From: an uncultured Bacteriovoracaceae bacterium
GTDB lineage: Bacteria; Bdellovibrionota; Bacteriovoracia; Bacteriovoracales; Bacteriovoracaceae
Assembly: GCA_964012805.1 (NCBI GenBank)
Contig: CAXGUD010000036.1
Location: 1-36,740, forward strand
DNA: 36,740 bases
Direction of reading: 5' to 3'
Shown here piece after piece: positions 8,658 to 17,869 of the stretch. Below the pieces are notes generated by a model that was not told where the DNA came from, searched no databases, and saw only the letters and a list, made by a program, of their open reading frames with translations. Each line of letters begins with the position of its first letter. The first letter of the stretch is position 1. Made by a program: the position numbers and the translations under genes.

Positions 8658-10046
8658 CTAAGGGTGTGTCATATTTTCTGGAACAACAATTTTATCAAAG
8701 TCTTCCTCACTCAAATAGCCCAGGCTCAGGCAAGACTCCTTGAGAGTCGACCCTTCCTGATGGGCTTTTTTCGCAATTTCAGAAGCTTTATCGTATCCAA
8801 TATGCTGATTTAGGGCCGTCACAAGCATAAGTGAATTATTTAAATGGGCCTTAATGTTTTCTGGGTGAGGCTCAATTCCAACGGCGCAGTTGTCATTAAA
8901 AGAGACCATCGCGTCAGAAAGAAGACGTACGGAGTGAAGAAGGTTATGGATCATAACAGGCTTATAAACGTTAAGCTCAAAGTTCCCCTGAGAACCTGCA
9001 AAGCCAATTGCTGCATCGTTTCCCATTACCTGAACACAAACCATAGTGATGGCCTCAGGCTGAGTTGGATTTACTTTCCCCGGCATAATGGATGAGCCTG
9101 GTTCATTCGCAGGTATTGTTATTTCCCCAATTCCACAACGAGGACCAGAAGCAAGCCATCTCACATCATTCGCTATTTTCATAAGGGAAGCAGCAACTCT
9201 TTTTAAGGCACCAGAGGCAAAAACCATCGCATCGTGTGCTGCGAGAGACTCAAATTTATTGGGGGCCGTTCTAAACTCATGCCCTGAAATTTTAGTGATC
9301 TCTTCAGCAACGAATTGAGCATAATCTGGATGAGAATTGAGGCCAGTTCCAACAGCTGTACCACCAAGAGCAAGTTCACGAAGACCATCGAGAGTCATTT
9401 CAACTGACTTCTTTCCATTTTTAAGTTGTTGAACCCATCCTGAAATCTCCTGTCCTAGCATAAGAGGTGTGGCATCCATAAGGTGAGTTCTTCCAATTTT
9501 ACAAACCTCTTTGAAAGCGTTGGCCTTCTCTTCGAGGGTTTGGGTTAATTTATCAATGGAAGGAAAGAAAAGGTCTTCAATTTGTTCAACCGCAGCAATA
9601 TGCATCGCTGTTGGAAACGTATCATTAGAGCTTTGAGATTTATTAACATCATCGTTAGGGTGAACAGGAGTTTTGCTTCCTCTTTCACCTCCAGCAATTT
9701 CAATCGCTCTATTTGAGATGACCTCATTAGAGTTCATATTGGTTTGAGTTCCTGAACCTGTTTGCCACACGACAAGAGGGAAGTGGTCATCGAGTTTTCC
9801 CTCGATAACTTCGTCAGCAGCTTGCATAATCAAATTGGCCTTATCCTCAGGGAGTTTTCCAAGTCTAAGGTTTGCCGCGCAAGCTCCTTTTTTTAAAATA
9901 CCAAGGGCCCGTATCATAGAGCGGTTGAAACGGTCCTCTCCAATTTTAAAGTTCTGAATGGATCTTTGCGTTTGCGCTCCCCAATAACGGTCGCTTTGAA
10001 CTTTAACTTCACCCATTGTATCTTTTTCAATTCTGTGGTCTGTCAT
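8658..10046 (-). CDS. fumC: Class II fumarate hydratase
   Basis: [11 protein letters not shown] signature, [26 protein letters not shown] at 10046 follows GGTGAGG. Confidence 0.97.
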   Translation of the reverse strand: MTDHRIEKDTMGEVKVQSDRYWGAQTQRSIQNFKIGEDRFNRSMIRALGILKKGACAANLRLGKLPEDKANLIMQAADEVIEGKLDDHFPLVVWQTGSGTQTNMNSNEVISNRAIEIAGGERGSKTPVHPNDDVNKSQSSNDTFPTAMHIAAVEQIEDLFFPSIDKLTQTLEEKANAFKEVCKIGRTHLMDATPLMLGQEISGWVQQLKNGKKSVEMTLDGLRELALGGTAVGTGLNSHPDYAQFVAEEITKISGHEFRTAPNKFESLAAHDAMVFASGALKRVAASLMKIANDVRWLASGPRCGIGEITIPANEPGSSIMPGKVNPTQPEAITMVCVQVMGNDAAIGFAGSQGNFELNVYKPVMIHNLLHSVRLLSDAMVSFNDNCAVGIEPHPENIKAHLNNSLMLVTALNQHIGYDKASEIAKKAHQEGSTLKESCLSLGYLSEEDFDKIVVPENMTHP

Positions 10047-10210
10047 AATCCTCACCTTTTTTTATAAAATTTGATCTATTTTAAAAATATCGGTTTAAGT
10101 TGAAAAGGAAAAGGCCTTTTTTTTCAAAGACCTTTCAAAGCTTATACTAGAAAAAAGTTATCTTGGACAGGCTTCAAGAAAGTTACGGCTTCTTGAGCAT
10201 CGTGAAAAAC

Positions 10211-10528
10211 TTATTTTTGAGCACAGATCAGCTTACGCATAACCTCTAGGTTAAAACAGATAGGCCCGACCCATCCTTCCGTCTTGCCTTCACAGCCTTT
10301 TCCACCGTAAATAATTTTAACAAAGCCTCGGCAGTGTTTTGAACGGACCTCATAAACTGTACCTTCCTTCTTATGATCCCTAAAGGCCTTAATTGGTTTT
10401 TCCCCAAGTATTCTCTTCACTTGCTTTGATGCCAAAATCCTCTTTATCTCTCGTGCTTCCTGGGCCTTAGGAGGGAGGGCGGCTTTTAATGAAAAAGTAA
10501 GAAAAAAAAGAATAAAAAGATACCTCAT
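10211..10528 (-). CDS. Small basic secreted hypothetical protein
   Basis: Signal peptide MRYLFILFFLTFSLKA-ALPP; 4 Cys; starts directly after the glpQ stop with AAGGAG inside the glpQ 3' end. Confidence 0.75.
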   Translation of the reverse strand: MRYLFILFFLTFSLKAALPPKAQEAREIKRILASKQVKRILGEKPIKAFRDHKKEGTVYEVRSKHCRGFVKIIYGGKGCEGKTEGWVGPICFNLEVMRKLICAQK

Positions 10529-11560
10529 TTAAAGCTCCTTTAAGATATTTTTCGTTTCTAAAACATGGTCTGTAAAAGCTCCATCCACTTGGGCATTCAG
10601 AAAGACTTTTTTTAATAAATCTTTATAATTTTGAGCAAATGGAGGTATTTGATCTCTCCTTAGTGTATAAGCGTGAACAACCAAACCTTTTTCATGAGCT
10701 TTTTTAACTAGCTCAGTTTTATCAAAACCTTCCCCCATTCTGCTCTTCTTATAGATATGCCCGATCCATGGCCCAATTCCTTGGGCATAGGTTGAAATCT
10801 TTTGAAGCCCCTCTCTAGTCTGCATTTCCTTGTAATTAACACCATTTTTAAACCAACTCGATTCTCCAATGAGCTGAACAAGAGGAATATTTGGCTTCAT
10901 CTTTCTTATTCTCTTTAAAGTCTCAGGCTCAAAGCACTGAACAAAAATTTTATCATTTCCATTTTCGTAACCATAGTGACTAAGAATTTTCATCACAATA
11001 GAGGTGATGTCTTTTCCCTCTAATTTGTGAAAGCTGGGCCTTTTTATTTCGGGATAAATTCCTATATTCTGCCCGGTACTTTTATTAAGCCCTTGAACAA
11101 GTTCGATATACTCCTTTAAAGTCGGAACTTTAAAGGACGACTTCTTAACAGGAAAACGCTTCGGGTAGACCTTCAAACCAGTTTTAGGGTTGATACGTTC
11201 ATTTACCTGAAGTTTTTTAATCTCTTCCAATAAAAAATCGATAGCATAATAATGTCCATCGGACCTTGCCCTTTTTGGAAAAAGTTCCTTAACATTTGTT
11301 GTCGACTCCAAATAGATATCGTGAAGAACAATGGCCTCACTATCCCTTGAAAGGACAACATCAGGTTCAATAAAGTCAACTCCCCATGCGTGGGCCATAG
11401 CAACACCTTGAAGAGTGTGTTCAGGTAGAACTCCACTTGCTCCCCTGTGAGCAATAATAACTTTATTATGTGAGCAAGAAGCTAGAAGTGAAGAGATCAG
11501 CAATAAGGATACTACCTTCAAAATAATCGAACCTTTTAAAGAAAAATTAGAAATTTTCAT
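10529..11560 (-). CDS. glpQ: Glycerophosphodiester phosphodiesterase (lipoprotein)
   Basis: IAHRGASGVLPEHT, IEPDVV, IYPEIK, VHAYT, FTDH; lipobox LLAS-C. Confidence 0.92.
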   Translation of the reverse strand: MKISNFSLKGSIILKVVSLLLISSLLASCSHNKVIIAHRGASGVLPEHTLQGVAMAHAWGVDFIEPDVVLSRDSEAIVLHDIYLESTTNVKELFPKRARSDGHYYAIDFLLEEIKKLQVNERINPKTGLKVYPKRFPVKKSSFKVPTLKEYIELVQGLNKSTGQNIGIYPEIKRPSFHKLEGKDITSIVMKILSHYGYENGNDKIFVQCFEPETLKRIRKMKPNIPLVQLIGESSWFKNGVNYKEMQTREGLQKISTYAQGIGPWIGHIYKKSRMGEGFDKTELVKKAHEKGLVVHAYTLRRDQIPPFAQNYKDLLKKVFLNAQVDGAFTDHVLETKNILKEL

Positions 11561-11616
11561 CCCCCCCCCTTTTTCCTCACCATACCTGGTTTTTAAAAGC
11601 TTCGTCTTTAATAATT

Positions 11617-12471
11617 TTACTTCTTAGATGCCCTTTTTCCTCGTTGGTCGTCTTTTCCGTAATCGAGGAGGGACTCTTCTGTTGTAGAACCATCTTGATA
11701 AGATGCAAAAAGGTAAGAACAGGCTTCTTTCGCGCTTGAAAAAGATTTTTGGGTATTGGGGTCTTTTAATGTTCCTTTAGACTCGACTTCAGAGTGATGG
11801 AGTATATAAGGAATCTCTAAGGTGCAAAGTGCTTCTCTAATCCTCTTTGTACCAACATGATGCTCTCTTCCCCATAATTCCAACAATTTTTCAGGTCTTT
11901 TAGAAGGGGTCCTAAGGATTCCCATAGAAGGAAGTGGCCTCATTAAAGCATGAATAAAAAAACCCAATATTAAAAAGGGACCCATCATGGAAAGTCTATA
12001 CAAAAGAGGCTTCTTCTGGCCCCCACTATAATTCTCCCAGAGATAAGTTGCTATATATTTAGACTCATAAAAGCTCTTTCCTGTATTCTCATCGACAAGA
12101 TAGGGAAACATAACTTTATTTCCCAGTTTTTTAACCTCGCCCCGAAAGCGAGAATCTTGAAGGTGACCATATTTTTTAAACGTTTCTCTTGGACAAGGAT
12201 AAATTAAGACTTCAATTGAAAGTAATGAAAGAGTTTCACGTACAATCCGACAAAAAGGGCATCCTTCATATTCGTAAAGAATTAATATTTTTTTGGGTAT
12301 GTTATTGCCTTTGGCATAAATTGAAAGAGGCTTAGTACCGCAGAACAACCTGGAAAGACCGGCTAAAAAGCAAGTTATATTGTGAATTAAACTTGTTAAA
12401 AAAGAGACTTTGTAAAGGGCCCTAAAAACTGATTGAAAAGTTGCCATAATTATTAGTCTTAATTTTCCCAT
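11617..12471 (-). CDS. Protein with tandem GST-N/glutaredoxin-like domains
   Basis: LYEYEGCPFCRIVRE...FPYLVDENTG...YES; second copy LELWGREHHVGTKRIREALCTLEIPY...LKDPNT. Confidence 0.8.
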   Translation of the reverse strand: MGKLRLIIMATFQSVFRALYKVSFLTSLIHNITCFLAGLSRLFCGTKPLSIYAKGNNIPKKILILYEYEGCPFCRIVRETLSLLSIEVLIYPCPRETFKKYGHLQDSRFRGEVKKLGNKVMFPYLVDENTGKSFYESKYIATYLWENYSGGQKKPLLYRLSMMGPFLILGFFIHALMRPLPSMGILRTPSKRPEKLLELWGREHHVGTKRIREALCTLEIPYILHHSEVESKGTLKDPNTQKSFSSAKEACSYLFASYQDGSTTEESLLDYGKDDQRGKRASKK

Positions 12472-12505
12472 ACTTGAATCCTATTCAAAAAGAATTGACT
12501 TCATT

Positions 12506-13534
12506 TTAACTCAGCAACTCCCAGCATTTAGTTTTCTTTAAATAGTTTTCTAAATCAGGACTCTTGTCCATTTCCTTAAAAAGGTCTTTTAAAGTTTGAA
12601 AGCTTTTAGATTGATACTTAATTGGTCCCTGCTCAAAAAAATTTCCCTTTACTTTTATTTTGAAGGCTTTTTCTCTTCTTTTGAGTGCAATTTGGTTTTC
12701 ATGGGCCCAAGGAAGGAATACTCCGGCCACTTCTTTCTCTAATAAGGGAGAAAGTGTTAACTCTAAGGTTTTTAAGGATTCATAGGAACCCTCATCTTTT
12801 GGTGATAACATCCTCTCAATCCATTTCTCAACGTTTGGGGCCTGTTTTTTAATCAAGGCCTTTGGAGTTGGATCTTGATAAAGGTTATACAATTGACCCC
12901 AAAGACCAAAATCACCTAGGCAAGGCTTCTCTCCAAAAAGGTAGGACCGATTGGATAAATGTTTATCCAAAATACTCAAAAGGCCTTCAAAAGAATCCTC
13001 TATAACTTTTGTATTTTCAGGAAAAGTTCCCAGCCAATGCCTTCGGCTTTTTTGTCTATTTGCTATAAATAATGAAAACAAGGTTAGTAACAAGAGACCA
13101 AAAAAAGGTACTTTTTGAAGAAACTCGGGCATGAAATAGGAGGCAATTTTTCTTGAAGCTGACTTTTCATCCTCTTTGTAATTCCAACGGTAGTGAAAAA
13201 GAGGCTTATTCACCCACTCATCAGCATATTCTTCTATAAGTCTCGAAATAAAAGCAAGATCTTTATCTTCCGGAGTCATGCTTGGTCCTTCAATTTCATT
13301 TTCTAACGTTTCCATTAAAGGTGTCGAATCCTGAAGAGGTTTGTCATCCGGGGTAACAACTAAAGGTACTATAGGTATTCTAGCATAACGCTTATACTCT
13401 TTTTGATTTTCAAAACTTCTAACAATCCATTTATGGTTAATTCCCTTGTAACGAAAATACGACCGAACTTTAACTGAATAAGGTGATAGCTCAACTCCAA
13501 ATATTTTATATAAACCAGACACAGAGTTCTCCAT
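12506..13534 (-). CDS. Glutathione S-transferase family protein
   Basis: SPYSVKVRSYFRYK, LQDSTP, YLFGEKPCLGDFGLWGQL. Confidence 0.88.
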   Translation of the reverse strand: MENSVSGLYKIFGVELSPYSVKVRSYFRYKGINHKWIVRSFENQKEYKRYARIPIVPLVVTPDDKPLQDSTPLMETLENEIEGPSMTPEDKDLAFISRLIEEYADEWVNKPLFHYRWNYKEDEKSASRKIASYFMPEFLQKVPFFGLLLLTLFSLFIANRQKSRRHWLGTFPENTKVIEDSFEGLLSILDKHLSNRSYLFGEKPCLGDFGLWGQLYNLYQDPTPKALIKKQAPNVEKWIERMLSPKDEGSYESLKTLELTLSPLLEKEVAGVFLPWAHENQIALKRREKAFKIKVKGNFFEQGPIKYQSKSFQTLKDLFKEMDKSPDLENYLKKTKCWELLS

Positions 13535-13619
13535 GAGATGAATAAATTTCCTTTACATTTTTAATTTTGACCTGACATTCTTTAAATTATAGCGGACAAT
13601 TCTATTTTTGGAGTAAAGA

Positions 13620-13988
13620 ATGGTTAAATTTTCTTTTTTAATTCTCCTTTCACTTTTTATGGTTTTTGCTGGTATCAACCACTTTAGAAATCCAGATTTT
13701 TATCTCAAAATGATGCCACCTTACCTCCCTTTTCACCTTGAGCTTGTTTATTTAAGTGGTTTGATTGAGGTTTTGTGCGGAGTTCTTCTTTTATTACCAA
13801 AAACAAAAGCTTGGGGAGCATGGCTCTGTATCATAACCTTTATCGCTGTATATCCAGCAAACATATATATGGCCCAAAATCCAAACCTCTTCCCCGATAT
13901 ACCAGAAAAAGGTCTTTACATAAGGCTTCCATTCCAATTTCTTTTTATTTACTGGGCCTATCTTTTTACAAAAAAGGAAAGTTCATAA
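13620..13988 (+). CDS. DoxX-family membrane protein
   Basis: AGINHF, MMPPYLP, SGLIE, YPANIYMA, RLPFQ; 4 hydrophobic segments. Confidence 0.85.
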   Translation: MVKFSFLILLSLFMVFAGINHFRNPDFYLKMMPPYLPFHLELVYLSGLIEVLCGVLLLLPKTKAWGAWLCIITFIAVYPANIYMAQNPNLFPDIPEKGLYIRLPFQFLFIYWAYLFTKKESS

Positions 13989-13990
13989 GG

Positions 13991-16171
13991 CTACTTTAGA
14001 ATAGGTAGTTTAAACTCGAAGCTTGTTCCTTCTCCAAGCTTAGAACTAATTGAAATATCACCGTCCAACTGCAATACGCTGGTTTTTATTACATCCATAC
14101 CAACGCCCCTCCCACTTACATGATCGACTTCTTGCTTCGTGGAAAAACCTGGTTCAAAAATAATTTGATACAGTTCCTGCTCAGTCATTTTCAACAAAGC
14201 ATCTCTTGAGTATTTTTTAATCGTTTGTGCTTTTTCTTTTATTAAAAGAGGGTCAATCCCTCTTCCGTCATCAGATATCGTACACTTAAAATAAAATTTA
14301 CTTTGCTTTTCAAAAGAAACTTTAATGACACCTTTTTCTTTCTTTTTAAACAACTTTCTCTTTTCTTTTGACTCTATTCCGTGATCTACACAATTTCTAA
14401 CTATATGAATCAGACTGTCAAAAAAACCTCCGTATTCAGCTTCATTGATCCTTAAGTCTGACTGCTCAACAATAAACTCTAAATCTTTATCCTGTTCTTT
14501 TGCCAACTCGTTTGCAATACCAGATAGTTTGCTAAAAGATTCATGAACAGGCTTTAAGATAAATTGGGATTCGATCTCATAGTATATTTTTTTAATCTCA
14601 TTTTGGGCCTTATACATATCCTGGCCACCTTCATTACTACTTAACATTGAATTTGCAAATTTAAAAATATCTCTATTCTTAGTTTGAAAATTTTTAAAAA
14701 TATTATAAACTGTTTCTATCAGAAAATTTTTCTCAGAGAAAAGACTTTTATATACCTCATCTTTTTCCAGCTGTTCTTTAATACTCTCAGACTCAATCAT
14801 ACGAAGCTTCCCTAAAATTTCTTCCAAGTGATGCACACTATCTGCAATATCTGTAAGGTGAAACCTTGAAAACTGTGCTTTATAAGTATGAAAGATTCTG
14901 TAGAGCTCATCTATTTTCATCTCTGATGGGTTTTTGATAATATTTTTTACTAAAGAATCAAAATGATTAAAAAGGTCTATAAAGGTCATCGGAGAATCAA
15001 AAATACTTAAAATCATAAAAGCAAACTCTTTTTCCTTTTCTACTTTTTCATCGACATGAAGCTTTTCTGTTATATCTGAAGCGATACAAACGACCTTTTG
15101 AAGTTGGTGTTCATCTTCATCCTTATAGATAGGCTTAAAATCTAAATTAACCGTTTTACCCCAAAGCTCCATTTTCTCAGGCCCCAATGAAACGATATCC
15201 TTAAAAGGGATTTTTCCTTTAAAAACATTGCTGACCCATTTTTCAGTAAAGTCGGCATTAATTCCTCCTAAACTAAATAGATCCTTAATATTTTTTCCCT
15301 CGACCTTCTTCACTCCAAAAATTTCAAGAGAAAACTTACTAGCTCCACTATCAACGACACCAGTTTCTCCAAAAGTGAAAAAGCCCTGCTCTAAATGGTT
15401 TATCATAGTATTGATATTTTTATTTCTTTCTTCTATTTTTTTCTCCAATTTTCGTGCATAGGATTGAAGCTTCATGTGAGATACGCCTAACTTTCCTTTC
15501 ATTTCATTAAGGACATTTTCGAAATGCCATAGCTCATTTTTTTGCATTTTAAAGAACCTCTCTGCTATTGAAGTTTGATTCAAACTATCGAGGTTAGTCA
15601 AAAGCGCTTCTTCTCCAAACGATTGAAGAGGCTTCGTTAAAAATTTCTTTAAAGAAAGATATATTAGCCCCCCAAGAATAAGAGTTTTAATAACGGCCAT
15701 CAGAAAAGCTAGTAAAAATCCAAAATAAATTCTTTTAAATATCTTAACCTCATTCACATAGAGACTAAGTGTTCCAATTTTTTCTTTTTTATTATCTAAA
15801 TTAAGACTGTGAATGGGAAGGCTCACCTTGAATAAGTTAACTCCTGATTCATTTTTCAATCCTTTATAGATAATCTCCTTTTTCATTGAATCCAAAACTT
15901 CTACCCTGTCAATTAAGGGAAGCCTTAAGATTCCCAAGGTTAAGTTTTCCAATTGATCATTATCAAATTCATAGAGGGCACGACCTAAACCAGAAGAAAA
16001 GGCATTTGATATATTTCCTAGCTCATATTTAATATCATTTTTCGTGGAGTTATACACTGTATACATTTGAATCACTGTTAATATGACGGTAAAAACGATA
16101 TAAACAATCATTACAGCTTTAAGCAGATTATAAGACAAAGATTCTGTAAATTTAATTTTAAAATTACTCAA
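13991..16171 (-). CDS. Membrane-anchored CheA-like histidine kinase (2 TM, PAS-like, Hpt, HATPase_c)
   Basis: Hpt LYRIFHTYKA; CheA-type ATPase HIVRNCVDHGIE, DDGRGI, FEPGFSTK, SGRGVGMD; no CheW-like domain. Confidence 0.85.
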   Translation of the reverse strand: MSNFKIKFTESLSYNLLKAVMIVYIVFTVILTVIQMYTVYNSTKNDIKYELGNISNAFSSGLGRALYEFDNDQLENLTLGILRLPLIDRVEVLDSMKKEIIYKGLKNESGVNLFKVSLPIHSLNLDNKKEKIGTLSLYVNEVKIFKRIYFGFLLAFLMAVIKTLILGGLIYLSLKKFLTKPLQSFGEEALLTNLDSLNQTSIAERFFKMQKNELWHFENVLNEMKGKLGVSHMKLQSYARKLEKKIEERNKNINTMINHLEQGFFTFGETGVVDSGASKFSLEIFGVKKVEGKNIKDLFSLGGINADFTEKWVSNVFKGKIPFKDIVSLGPEKMELWGKTVNLDFKPIYKDEDEHQLQKVVCIASDITEKLHVDEKVEKEKEFAFMILSIFDSPMTFIDLFNHFDSLVKNIIKNPSEMKIDELYRIFHTYKAQFSRFHLTDIADSVHHLEEILGKLRMIESESIKEQLEKDEVYKSLFSEKNFLIETVYNIFKNFQTKNRDIFKFANSMLSSNEGGQDMYKAQNEIKKIYYEIESQFILKPVHESFSKLSGIANELAKEQDKDLEFIVEQSDLRINEAEYGGFFDSLIHIVRNCVDHGIESKEKRKLFKKKEKGVIKVSFEKQSKFYFKCTISDDGRGIDPLLIKEKAQTIKKYSRDALLKMTEQELYQIIFEPGFSTKQEVDHVSGRGVGMDVIKTSVLQLDGDISISSKLGEGTSFEFKLPILK

Positions 16172-16227
16172 TTTCAGCCTTTAAAGAAGGTAAAGAGAGT
16201 TTGTATTTAAAAGAATTTCCATTGTTT

Positions 16228-16254
16228 CTATCGGAATTTAATAGGAAAATTTTC
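16228..16254 (-). promoter_or_regulatory. Possible sigma-28 promoter of the kinase gene
   Basis: Minus strand GAAA-N15-TCCGATAG versus consensus TAAA-N15-GCCGATAA. Confidence 0.35.
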
Positions 16255-16552
16255 TGCTTTAGTTACTTTTTTATGACGTAAATAAAAGGAGTAAAAACGA
16301 GCTTTTCTTTAAATGAAAAATAATTATGAAAAAAAATTATTTAAAAATCAGAATTGCCTACGTTTCTTTAAATTAAATTACTCATACGTTTTGAATACAA
16401 ATAAATATAATAGAGGAAATAAATAAAATCATAAGATCTATTATTTTTTTTATTTTACATTTATCAATTTTTAATCAACTAGTTTATAAAAAGAGGAAAT
16501 GACTCTTCCATTATAGTGTAGAATTAAACCCGGAATTTGATTTGTGTAAATC

Positions 16553-17869
16553 ATGAATCTTTATCTAAGGGTGATCATTATTATGCATAATCATAAAAAG
16601 AGCAAAAACAAATCAAGACAAAATTCTACCGCTCTTTTTTTTCAAAACCTTAATAAAAATGGACACGACAGAATTATAATTAAAGATTTGATTAATTATA
16701 TGAATGAAAATGGTCTTATTAAAGACGATCCTAGACTAGATAGTTTTTTCCTAAAAATTAATCAAATGAATGGAATAAATGAAATTACATTTGAAGAGTT
16801 CGATAAACTCCTTAACGAGTCAAAAGCTTTATTTGAAAAAATGCTTAGAGAGCAATTAATTATTCCTGAGTTTAAAAAATTCACACACCAAATACAAAAA
16901 ATATACTCTCAAGTCAAACTTAATAAAGATGGAGTTGTTGCAAACTATATCCCACAACTTAAAAAGGTTTCTCCTGAAAGCTTTGCACTCTCAATATGTA
17001 CACTGGATGGACAAAGGTTTTCCCTTGGAGATCACGATAAACCTTTTAGCCTTCAATCTATTTCAAAAACACTAAATTACTGCCTTGCTCTTGAAGAAAA
17101 TGGAGAGGCTTTTGTTCATAGACATGTTGGCAGAGAACCTAGTGGTCATGGTTTTGATGAAATCACTCTAGATAATTATAAAAGACCACATAACCCCTTT
17201 GTAAATGCGGGTGCAATTATGACTAACTCAATGGTCAGACCAGACCTTGAGCCTGCAGAACGCTTTGATTTTGTAATGAAAATGTGGAAAAAAGCATCGG
17301 GAATAGGGGAACCAACATTTAACAACTCAGTTTATCTCTCTGAGCGAAACACTGCGGACCGAAATTTTGCGCTCGCTTATTTCATGAAAGAAAATAACTC
17401 GTTCCCTGAAAATACTGAAATTTTAGAAACACTGGAGTTTTACTTTAGGTGCTGTTCTGTTGAACAAACGACTGAATCAATGGCGGCTTTTGCTGCCACA
17501 TTGGCCAATGCAGGTCATTCTCCACTAACTGAGCAACAAGTATTTCAACCTAGTACTGTCAAGAATTGTTTGTCTCTTATGGCCTCTTGTGGAATGTACG
17601 ATTTTTCAGGTGAGTTTTTTTTCAGTATTGGTCTCCCAGCCAAAAGTGGCGTAGGTGGAGGTCTCCTGATTGTTATTCCCAACCTCATGGGGGTTTGCTT
17701 ATGGTCTCCTCCTTTGGATTCATTAGGAAACCCAGTCAGAGGAATAGAGTTTTGCAAGCACCTTGTTAACAAATTTAATTTTCACCACTTTGATAGCCTT
17801 ACGCTAAGGCATGCTGGAAAAGTTGACCCCAGAGTCAAAAGTAGTACCAAAGTGAGGAGTTCAGAATGA
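16553..17869 (+). CDS. glsA: Glutaminase A with N-terminal extension
   Basis: VANYIPQL, catalytic QSISK, GREPSG, HNPFVNAGAI, CGMYDFSG, GLPAKSGVGGG, WSPPLD. True start may be the second ATG (MHNH). Confidence 0.93.
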   Translation: MNLYLRVIIIMHNHKKSKNKSRQNSTALFFQNLNKNGHDRIIIKDLINYMNENGLIKDDPRLDSFFLKINQMNGINEITFEEFDKLLNESKALFEKMLREQLIIPEFKKFTHQIQKIYSQVKLNKDGVVANYIPQLKKVSPESFALSICTLDGQRFSLGDHDKPFSLQSISKTLNYCLALEENGEAFVHRHVGREPSGHGFDEITLDNYKRPHNPFVNAGAIMTNSMVRPDLEPAERFDFVMKMWKKASGIGEPTFNNSVYLSERNTADRNFALAYFMKENNSFPENTEILETLEFYFRCCSVEQTTESMAAFAATLANAGHSPLTEQQVFQPSTVKNCLSLMASCGMYDFSGEFFFSIGLPAKSGVGGGLLIVIPNLMGVCLWSPPLDSLGNPVRGIEFCKHLVNKFNFHHFDSLTLRHAGKVDPRVKSSTKVRSSE

